Made by a program: the position numbers and the translations under genes
The notes under the pieces: model-generated
Database searches by the model: none
Seen by the model: the letters and a program-made list of their open reading frames with translations, nothing else
What the model was told of the DNA's origin: nothing
Sequence record: ON000910.1
DNA length: 64,000 bases
Direction: 5' to 3' (one strand)
Shown here: piece by piece, positions 1 through 7,530 of the stretch
How the letters are laid out: each line of letters begins with the position of its first letter
Position numbering within the stretch: the stretch's first letter is position 1

Positions 1-532
1 TTGTTAACTTTTCGATGAAAATCGTAGAGCCGTTCTGGCATTCGACGATCTCTGATTCCCCGTTGTGTGGGAAATACCAGAAAATTTTAGTTAAATCAAT
101 CGTAACGTCGTACGCTTCGATTTCATCAACGATTGTAGTTTTATATATGTGGTCTGCAAAAGGTAATGCAGACTCGATAACACTAGGGCCACCGATAACA
201 CTTATTTTATCAAAACCTTCTATCAGATAAACATTTTCGATGTTCTTAATCAGGTCTTGAAAGGAGTCACACTTGCAGTAAACATCGGCTTTTTGACCGT
301 TTTTTGCAGTCGCTGTATCGCTGCTACTGAGCACAACGTGCGGGCGGTCTGCTAGTTTACCGGGAAGTGATTCGAATGTCTTAGAGCCCATTACAAGCAC
401 GCTATTCATAGTAACTGCTTTAAATCGAGCCAAGTCTTCTTTGTTATGTTTCCAAGGGAGTTTGTTTTGATTGCCGAAGGGCGCGTGTGGGGATTTACTC
501 ATACCGTGAGCGAAAACGATTTGAACTTTCAT
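1..532 (-). CDS. frd: Dihydrofolate reductase (3' end runs off the window)
   Basis: Absent from the ORF track; translated by hand from ATG at 532 (GGAG RBS): MKVQIVFAHG...FGNQNKLPWKHNKEDLARFKAVTMNSVLVMGSKTFESLPGKLADRPHVVL, with the DHFR motifs LPW, MGxKTFESL and LxxR. Start and end frames checked by hand are consistent and open at base 1. Confidence 0.92.
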   Translation of the reverse strand, partial: MKVQIVFAHGMSKSPHAPFGNQNKLPWKHNKEDLARFKAVTMNSVLVMGSKTFESLPGKLADRPHVVLSSSDTATAKNGQKADVYCKCDSFQDLIKNIENVYLIEGFDKISVIGGPSVIESALPFADHIYKTTIVDEIEAYDVTIDLTKIFWYFPHNGESEIVECQNGSTIFIEKLT

Positions 533-553
533 TTAATCTCCTATAAAGAGAAC

Positions 554-575
554 AAAGGGGCAATTAAGCCCCTTT
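554..575 (-). terminator. Intrinsic terminator after gene 32
   Basis: AGGGGC-TTAATT-GCCCCTTT hairpin with T tail on the minus strand; the same 20 bp occur at 27311-27330. Confidence 0.7.
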
Positions 576-581
576 AAATCA

Positions 582-1508
582 TTACTCGTCTAGCTCTAGG
601 TCAGCTAGTAGTGCGTCTAGCTCGTCATCGACAGAATCAGTCACTGGCTCTTGTGAAGCAGGAGTGTCGTCAGTGTCGATAGTTGCGCTTGGTTTAGCAA
701 CTGTACGAGGTGCATTTGCTTGAGCAGGAGCACCAGTGTTCAGTTGAGCTTCAAGATTTTGAGCAGCCGTAGATGCTTTAGACTGAGCAGCGCCAGTCAC
801 TTGAAGAAAACGCTTCTGAAGGTCAGCTTCAGATTTAAACGCAGACGGTGCAATGATTGCGTTTAGGTCGTGCATTTGGTCCCAGACTTCTTTCAGTTTA
901 GCTTCGTCACCGCCGTATAGCTCAGTGCTTGGGCCGAATTTAGAGTCGTCGTAGTTAGGGAAACCAGATACTTTCTTAGCTTTCAAGCTGAAGTTAGCAC
1001 CATCGAATACACAAGTCACGTCCATGCCCGGTACACCTAGATCTTCATCTGCTTGAGCAGCTTGAGTGATCTTGTCAAGAATTTTCTTACCGAAACGGTA
1101 TTTGAAAACTTTGCCTTCATTTTCTGGTGCAGCTTCATCTTTGATTACAACGATGTTAGCCCAGTAAGAAAGAGTACGCTTGCGTTTACGTGCAATGTTT
1201 TGGTTATCTTCGTTTTCAGTTTTCCAAAGCTCGCCGTTAGCTTGGCAGCATGGACATGGAAGATCGATAGTCGAAGGACAGTTTTCGATGTACCAGTTAC
1301 CGTTTTCTTTGAAACCGTGTGTGAAGATTTTTACAAATGGTAGGTCGTCTTCGCCTTTAGCAGGCAGGAAGCGAATCACCGCAGAACCATTACCAAGCTT
1401 GTCAGTAGAAAGTTTCCACTCGTCAGCATTGTCGAATGACTTTTTGCTTGACATTTGCTCTAGTTTTTCTTGAAGTTTTGCTGGAGATTTGCGTTTGAAC
1501 ATAGACAT
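582..1508 (-). CDS. gp32: Single-stranded DNA-binding protein gp32
   Basis: WKL..DK.GNGSAVIRFLPA, Zn ligands (HGF...C...CPCC), YWANIVVIKD, acidic C-terminal tail. Confidence 0.97.
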   Translation of the reverse strand: MSMFKRKSPAKLQEKLEQMSSKKSFDNADEWKLSTDKLGNGSAVIRFLPAKGEDDLPFVKIFTHGFKENGNWYIENCPSTIDLPCPCCQANGELWKTENEDNQNIARKRKRTLSYWANIVVIKDEAAPENEGKVFKYRFGKKILDKITQAAQADEDLGVPGMDVTCVFDGANFSLKAKKVSGFPNYDDSKFGPSTELYGGDEAKLKEVWDQMHDLNAIIAPSAFKSEADLQKRFLQVTGAAQSKASTAAQNLEAQLNTGAPAQANAPRTVAKPSATIDTDDTPASQEPVTDSVDDELDALLADLELDE

Positions 1509-1571
1509 ATTGTATTTTACCTTGTATTTTATAGTATGATATAGTATCGTATAGTGTGTTATTGTATTTTA
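1509..1571 (-). promoter_or_regulatory. Probable gp32 autogenous translational operator (repetitive A-rich leader)
   Basis: On the mRNA strand UAAAAUACAA occurs three times and ACUAU three times at 10-nt spacing, directly upstream of gene 32. Confidence 0.55.
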
Positions 1572-2212
1572 CTTTGATTTTTTATTTGAATAAACATTTC
1601 TTTAGCAAGAACTTCGTCGATTTTCAGCAACTTATCGTATGCTAAAGCTCGTGTCTTGAACTCGTGCCAGAAGATATCGTCTCCGTAATCTTTGTCGATT
1701 ACAGGTACGAAGTTCAATAATCTATTCAGAATTACGAACGTCTCAATTGAGATAGTATTTCGTAACACGAGTTGCATTATAACGGGATGCCCTTCGCCTC
1801 TAAACAAATCTTTGAATTTTTTATTCTCTCTATTTATAAGAGTAAAAATCGAAAGTAGTTCATTTTTGTAGTGTTGACTGTAAATTTCCATAAATCCCGT
1901 ATGTTTCAACCAGAATTCATGAGCGTCAGCACCTGCAATCTCATAAGAAATCGCATTGGGGTTCGCTGCTAAGTTACTAACAAGCAACTGATAGCAATCA
2001 TTCAATGTTAGCCGTTTGGCTAGCCGTTCAAAAAACACCTTATCTGAACGCTTCTCGAACGCAGATCTAGGTGTTTTCATTCCGAGTTTATACTTGGAGA
2101 TGTCGTACTTTCCGCCCATATGCGCCTTTACAGCACAATAAACACGAAATACGCTATACCCATTGACCCAAGTCCGAGGCAGAACCAAATCGACTTCTAA
2201 TAGTCTTTTCAT
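1559..2212 (-). CDS. gp59: Helicase loader gp59
   Basis: NGYSVFRVY.AVKAHMGGKYD...KRSDKVFFERLA; 217 aa; upstream of gene 32 as in T4. Confidence 0.93.
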   Translation of the reverse strand: MKRLLEVDLVLPRTWVNGYSVFRVYCAVKAHMGGKYDISKYKLGMKTPRSAFEKRSDKVFFERLAKRLTLNDCYQLLVSNLAANPNAISYEIAGADAHEFWLKHTGFMEIYSQHYKNELLSIFTLINRENKKFKDLFRGEGHPVIMQLVLRNTISIETFVILNRLLNFVPVIDKDYGDDIFWHEFKTRALAYDKLLKIDEVLAKEMFIQIKNQSKIQ

Positions 2213-2450
2213 TTATCGCCTCAGTCTCAATTTTGTCTTTCAACGTCTGATTAATCAGATACGGGAAGCGACTAATGTCGTAATCGTATTGCTCAATGAA
2301 GAACAGACACGCTTCAAGATAGGTCATGGCGGGACAGCTATTATAAATCTCTTCAATTTCTAGAGAGATTTGCTGTCTAAGACTGCCTTTAATAGGCGGA
2401 ACTAAATCACCAAGCTCTTCTTTTAAAACGTAGTTGTCTTTATTCATCAT
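2154..2450 (-). CDS. gp33: Late transcription co-activator gp33
   Basis: ISLEIEE...TYLEACL.F...INQTLKDKIE.EAI..K.IR; synteny dsbA-33-59. Start chosen at the MM codons (2450/2447). Confidence 0.85.
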   Translation of the reverse strand: MMNKDNYVLKEELGDLVPPIKGSLRQQISLEIEEIYNSCPAMTYLEACLFFIEQYDYDISRFPYLINQTLKDKIETEAINEKTIRSRFGSASDLGQWV

Positions 2451-2721
2451 CTGCATCGTCAAAAAGCTTCTCGTATAGATTGTCTACCTTTTCATACTTC
2501 GCCTGTTCTTCTTGGCGGTTTTGTTTGTGATACATCTTCACAACTTTGTTGAAATCGGCAGGTTTGATTTCGAACTCTTCTTTTGCGCGATTCGCAATGT
2601 CTTTCATTAGATCGCGTTCAGAATCAATGCGCAACATGGAAGCAGACGCTTCTTTAACCATGTTAACTACTTCTTGCTTATCTTGCGGAGTAGAGATTGT
2701 TTCGTATTCAAGAATGTCCAT
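2440..2721 (-). CDS. dsbA: Double-stranded DNA-binding protein DsbA (T4 type)
   Basis: VKEAS.SML.I...KDI..RAKEE..I.PADFNK.VKMYHKQ; synteny rnh-dsbA-33. Confidence 0.9.
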   Translation of the reverse strand: MDILEYETISTPQDKQEVVNMVKEASASMLRIDSERDLMKDIANRAKEEFEIKPADFNKVVKMYHKQNRQEEQAKYEKVDNLYEKLFDDADDE

Positions 2722-2758
2722 CGTTACCTCAATATGTTTTGTTCAATGTCGTTGTTTC

Positions 2759-2797
2759 GTGCTGCTCATTATACAGCAGCACATGTTGTTCTAAACA
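2759..2797 (-). promoter_or_regulatory. Putative promoter upstream of dsbA (GTTTAG-N17-TATAAT)
   Basis: Minus strand reads ATTGTTTAGAACAACATGTGCTGCTGTATAAT; the -10 lies in the loop of an 8-bp inverted repeat. Confidence 0.6.
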
Positions 2798-2803
2798 ATT
2801 TTT

Positions 2804-3736
2804 TTAGAATTCGCTCATGCTTTCAATAAGCTTATCTAACTTCTTAGAAGCAAAATACATCATGATTTTACTTCTAGGCGCTGGCTTCTGCGCTTCAAAC
2901 TGTTCGATTATGCTATCACTGATATTCTTAGGAATAAACGCAAAATCTAACAATTTTCTGTTTTCTTCATAACGAGCAAATTGCTCTTCAGTTAAGAGCT
3001 TTTTAAGCTCATCTGGCGTTGATGTCATTAGCGTGCGCAACTCTTCTTTGCGAACAGATGGTGCACGACGACCATCGCCATGTGTGTAGTGATCATTCGG
3101 CGCTTTCAACGGTGCAATACCGTCTTTCTTATCACCTTTGATGCATTTAAACATGATGTCCATTTCTGGTGAACCATGCTTCGGCTTGACCCATTTCTTC
3201 TGAATCGGAGACCATTGACGTACAAGCTTGCTTGTGTGTAACTGAGTAAAGTCACCATCTGAAGAAGTAATCAAAACTGGAACGTTTTTACTCACGTAAT
3301 AATTAGTCAAAACACCAATATGGTCATCGGCTTCAACGCCTTCAATGTCCATTACGTAATACGGCATGTTTTCTTTGATTTCTTCTTTAATCTGCGCCAT
3401 TGCATTGAAAATCGTTTCGAAATCCCAGCCAGAGTCATCACGCTGCTCACTACGTTTGTATTTGTAGTACCAAGCTTCTTTCTTGCGCCAATAACCGCCT
3501 TTACCGTTATCAATACACAAGATAATACGCGGGTATTTGAGTTTGTTCTTTAGCACGTTACTACGTAGCGTGTTAAGAACGATATGACGAATCAAATCAA
3601 CTGTTAGTAGATCAGTCGGTTTGTATGTTGCCATGATTGTACTCAAGACAATCTGACTGAAGTCAACGAGATTAACACCCGCTGGCATACCATCAAACGA
3701 TTTTGTCTTTCGCTTGAAGAACCCCTCTAAACTCAT
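2804..3736 (-). CDS. rnh: RNase H / 5'-3' exonuclease (T4 type)
   Basis: LVDFSQI, YWRK..AWYYK.KR, EADD.IG, SSDGDFTQL, IKGDKKDGIA motifs. Confidence 0.95.
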   Translation of the reverse strand: MSLEGFFKRKTKSFDGMPAGVNLVDFSQIVLSTIMATYKPTDLLTVDLIRHIVLNTLRSNVLKNKLKYPRIILCIDNGKGGYWRKKEAWYYKYKRSEQRDDSGWDFETIFNAMAQIKEEIKENMPYYVMDIEGVEADDHIGVLTNYYVSKNVPVLITSSDGDFTQLHTSKLVRQWSPIQKKWVKPKHGSPEMDIMFKCIKGDKKDGIAPLKAPNDHYTHGDGRRAPSVRKEELRTLMTSTPDELKKLLTEEQFARYEENRKLLDFAFIPKNISDSIIEQFEAQKPAPRSKIMMYFASKKLDKLIESMSEF

Positions 3737-3766
3737 GTGTCGTTTCCTATATGTTTATATCGTGTG

Positions 3767-3774
3767 TCTAAATA
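3767..3774 (+). promoter_or_regulatory. Late promoter variant TCTAAATA for genes 34-35
   Basis: One mismatch to T4 late consensus TATAAATA, about 40 bp upstream of the gene 34 start. Confidence 0.65.
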
Positions 3775-3814
3775 TATCATAGCGAATTGCATATCTAAAC
3801 AAAGGAGCAATGAA

Positions 3815-6800
3815 ATGTCAGAATTCCGCAGAGCATTTCGTGCGTCAGGTCTTGATGCAAGTGGTCAGAATGTCATTAACGTAGCAGACCCACGAGCAAA
3901 TGAATTGTTCGACGGTATTAACCAAGGCTACTTTATTGAAGAGAACACTGTTCAAGAGTATGACCCAACACGAGATCACTATAAAGTAGACTTTATCGTT
4001 GAGTTCAATCAACGTCTATACAAAAACATTACCGAAATCAATGCACCTGAACCTTTTGACTCGCAGAAGTGGCAGAAAATGCGTACCGACCCTGAATGGG
4101 AAGATACTGATTCATCGGTAGGCGCAAACGTCGGTGACTTCTTGTTGTTAACAGCAAGCTCGGCAATCACTATTACACTGCCTGAAACACCATTAACAGG
4201 TGACACAGTTACAATCAAAGACGGTAAAGGCGTTCTTACAACTTACCCTTGTACGATTGCAGCAGCGGGCGGCTTGACGATTCAACATTACGGCATTGAC
4301 GGTTCAATTGAGTCTAAACCGAGTATTTCATTCAATACCCCTAACAGCACTATATTCTTAGTGTACAACGGTATTGCATGGACATATCAGATCAATCAAG
4401 AGTTATACAATACGTATATTGACGACAGTCACCCAACTCAACAGGGTGGGTACTTATCAACTGGTGGTTATTTCACTAACGTTGGCGAGACAGTCACATA
4501 TGACGGTTCAGTTAAGAAAATTGCAATTTCTGTACCACTGAACCCGAACGTGGGCGATACAATTCATCTTAAAGATGTTGCGTATCTTGAGAATCAAACG
4601 TCGATTCAAATCGGTGTGAACCCGACTGCTACGGGTCAGGTTATTCAAGACCCTATTTCAGGCGAACGTAGTTCTGTTATCAGTCTTGATACTATCGGCG
4701 GCGCTGATATCACATTTATCGATGATAACGGTACTGGCGTATGGGTAATCACAATCGCGAACAACCCGCATTTATGGAACTATGTCGGGGATTCAAGCGC
4801 GGTTGAATTGAAGCCTCGTTCTCGTTACGCTATCGAAATCGCAGATGCTGTTCCTGCAATGACGATCACACTACCAGAAAAACCAGCCGATGGTGACTGG
4901 ATTGAGATCTCACACAACAAAACAGCTCATAAGAAAGTAACGATTCAAGTTCACCCGAATTTCGGTGATGATGACCCAGGTCACGGCCCCGATGAATACA
5001 AAGTATTCTTGGACTTTGAAACATATCGTTATCAAAAATACCGTCATTACGTTGATTTCGTTCCATTCTTCGTTGAATCATTCGAAATTAGTGATTATGA
5101 CAGCGGTTATTCACTAGTTCTATACTACGACGCGAGTCGTAAAGTATGGTCGTTCGGTAACATCGCGACTCGTATCGATATCGCTGATGAACTATACCGT
5201 AAACGCCCGGGTATCGTGCCATTAGCTGACCCAACGGAAGCTCTAGCACACGGGATTGAATATGCGCACCCTGAAGATGCAGCAGACCCTTGGGCTGATC
5301 AAAACCCACTGAAAGATCACGTAATCACGGTAGAGACGCTTGACGCTCGTCGTGCAGGTGAACAGCAAGTCGGTATGGCTCGTGTTGCTACTCTTGGAAC
5401 TGATGAAGCTCTTGAAGAATCGCGTTCTGGTACGTTTGTTCGTTACCCAGATACAAACTTCAGACATGATCTGTTCATAACACCACGTAGCTTGAATGCG
5501 CGTACAGCAACTGAAACACGTCGCGGTGTAGTTGAAATCGCAACTCAAAACGAGACGCGAAGCACAACTAACGATGTTCAAGTTCTAACACCGATGAAAT
5601 TCCACGCTGCACAAGCTGAAGAAGATCTAACAGGTGTTGCGAAACTAGTCGAAGCGTCGAACAACATCAATGCTGGTGGTATTGTTACATCAACAGCGAA
5701 TATGCGTTCAGACCGTTCAGTAAATGGTCTTGACAATACAGTATATGATAAAACTGATCATCTGCGTATCGTAACGCCAAAAATGCTTGATGAGTATCGT
5801 GCTACAGAGAATCAACCTGGTACATTATGGGTTGCTAAGAGCAGTGAACTTCGCATCAACGACTCAACAGTTGATAACGCGATCATCACGCCTAAGAAAT
5901 TAGCAGCGTGGAAAGCAAGCTCAACGGTTCGTGGTATTGCTCGTTCTGCCACACAGTCTGAAGCAAATGCAACAACAGGAACTGGTGAATCGTGGACAAC
6001 AGTCTTCATCACACCAGAAACGTTGAATAGCAGAACAGCAACTGAATCACGTCGTGGTGTTGCGGAAATCGCAACTCAAACTGAAGTTGACTCAGGGACA
6101 GACGATACTCGTATTGTTTCACCACTTAAACTGAAGACATGGCTTGATCGTGATCATTTCGTGACAGCAGGAACAGATGGTCTATCGCATACTGGTACAG
6201 TGTGGGGCGACGTTACATTCAGCATCGCGTCAGCGACTGAAACACAACGTGGTACACTACAAGTTGCGACTCAAGTAGAAGCGAATGCCCAAGCTGGTGC
6301 GCTTGATGATGTAATCATCACACCACAGAAGTTAAATGCGCGTCGTGCTACAGAAAATCAAACGGGTATCGTGCGTCTTGCGACTCAAGCTGAAGTCGAA
6401 GCAGCGACAGCTAGTAATGAAATTGTTGTTACTCCGAGTGATTTGCTACACTGGACTCGTTACTCTGACAGCTCACGTGCAAATGAAAGTCGTTATGGTA
6501 ACGTACAAATCGCAACACCAGCAGAAACATTTGTTGGTAACAGTACAGACGGTTCAACACAAGCGTATACGTCGTACTTGCGTGTTCCATATGCAGTTTC
6601 ACCTTACGGTCTGCATTATGCATTGCGCAACTACTTACCGCTAAACGCTAAAGCTGATGACTCAGAATTACTAGATGGCTTGAACAGTACACAATTTGCA
6701 CGTCGTGACATCGACCAAACAATCAATGGCACGTATACGTTTAGTGGCGAATTCGTGCAAACGAAAGGTGGCGGTTATTTCTTAGTTGCAAACCCAACGA

Positions 6801-7522
6801 ACGACGCAGCGAGTGTAAAACTCGACTGGTTTAATGACGAACCTCGCATTCGTGTGGGCGGTAGTGGTAACGGGTCTTCTTCACCATTCTCAATCGCAGG
6901 GACAGGTGACACAACTCGATGGCAAGTAAACTCAACTGGTTATACGACTCAACCAGGTGGGGCATCGTTCGGTGATACAATATATGAAAATGAAGCGACT
7001 GCTAACGTTGATACAACATACGGGTCTTATTCGAGCCCGTCAAGCGGTTCACTTCGCCAGAAGTACTTGGGTATTAACAACGTAGCTAAAGCGTCTGAGA
7101 AGTGGGTTACAGCGCGTACAATAACGTTCACCGGCGACTTGTCTGGTAACTTTACGTTAGATGGTAGCGGAAACGTTACTACAAACATTCAAGTTAATGA
7201 TTACAGTCACGCTCACTCAGGTGAGAACATCACAACTGGTACAATCAACAATGATCGTTTGCGCAAATCAAGCCGCACGAATTCAGGTATTGTACAAGTA
7301 ACAAGTGACGTGCGTACAGCAGACCCAGTGAATGCTTCAGACCCACACCAAGCTCTATCGGCTGGTGCTGGTAAGACTCTATCTGAGCGTATCGACTTGT
7401 TCACGCCAGACGGTGGTACAGGTGAGAGCGTTAAATACAGAGACTACATTCAAGTTGGTTCTGTAAGAATGTCAACTAATAATCAAGGCGTGTTGGAGTT
7501 TACGTACGGACACGCTATATAA
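3815..7522 (+). CDS. gp34: Long tail fibre proximal subunit gp34
   Basis: True start at 3815 (AAGGAG RBS; MSEFRRAFRASGLDASGQNVINVADP); many AT(E/Q)xxxG.V.IATQ.E repeats typical of gp34. Confidence 0.93.
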   Translation: MSEFRRAFRASGLDASGQNVINVADPRANELFDGINQGYFIEENTVQEYDPTRDHYKVDFIVEFNQRLYKNITEINAPEPFDSQKWQKMRTDPEWEDTDSSVGANVGDFLLLTASSAITITLPETPLTGDTVTIKDGKGVLTTYPCTIAAAGGLTIQHYGIDGSIESKPSISFNTPNSTIFLVYNGIAWTYQINQELYNTYIDDSHPTQQGGYLSTGGYFTNVGETVTYDGSVKKIAISVPLNPNVGDTIHLKDVAYLENQTSIQIGVNPTATGQVIQDPISGERSSVISLDTIGGADITFIDDNGTGVWVITIANNPHLWNYVGDSSAVELKPRSRYAIEIADAVPAMTITLPEKPADGDWIEISHNKTAHKKVTIQVHPNFGDDDPGHGPDEYKVFLDFETYRYQKYRHYVDFVPFFVESFEISDYDSGYSLVLYYDASRKVWSFGNIATRIDIADELYRKRPGIVPLADPTEALAHGIEYAHPEDAADPWADQNPLKDHVITVETLDARRAGEQQVGMARVATLGTDEALEESRSGTFVRYPDTNFRHDLFITPRSLNARTATETRRGVVEIATQNETRSTTNDVQVLTPMKFHAAQAEEDLTGVAKLVEASNNINAGGIVTSTANMRSDRSVNGLDNTVYDKTDHLRIVTPKMLDEYRATENQPGTLWVAKSSELRINDSTVDNAIITPKKLAAWKASSTVRGIARSATQSEANATTGTGESWTTVFITPETLNSRTATESRRGVAEIATQTEVDSGTDDTRIVSPLKLKTWLDRDHFVTAGTDGLSHTGTVWGDVTFSIASATETQRGTLQVATQVEANAQAGALDDVIITPQKLNARRATENQTGIVRLATQAEVEAATASNEIVVTPSDLLHWTRYSDSSRANESRYGNVQIATPAETFVGNSTDGSTQAYTSYLRVPYAVSPYGLHYALRNYLPLNAKADDSELLDGLNSTQFARRDIDQTINGTYTFSGEFVQTKGGGYFLVANPTNDAASVKLDWFNDEPRIRVGGSGNGSSSPFSIAGTGDTTRWQVNSTGYTTQPGGASFGDTIYENEATANVDTTYGSYSSPSSGSLRQKYLGINNVAKASEKWVTARTITFTGDLSGNFTLDGSGNVTTNIQVNDYSHAHSGENITTGTINNDRLRKSSRTNSGIVQVTSDVRTADPVNASDPHQALSAGAGKTLSERIDLFTPDGGTGESVKYRDYIQVGSVRMSTNNQGVLEFTYGHAI

Positions 7523-7530
7523 GGTGATTT

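Noticed and set aside
15-230. 71-aa + strand ORF
   Set aside because: Antisense to the frd (DHFR) coding frame.
554-573. 20-bp identity with 27311-27330 (14 bp also at 63513)
   Set aside because: Short reused terminator hairpin with no further shared structure; not treated as a separate system.
3737-3814. N-terminal extension of the gene 34 ORF
   Set aside because: Covers the late promoter and RBS; the true start is ATG 3815.
5401-6600. Repeated ATExxRGxxEIATQ motifs in gp34
   Set aside because: Expected shaft repeats of the gp34/gp12 family.
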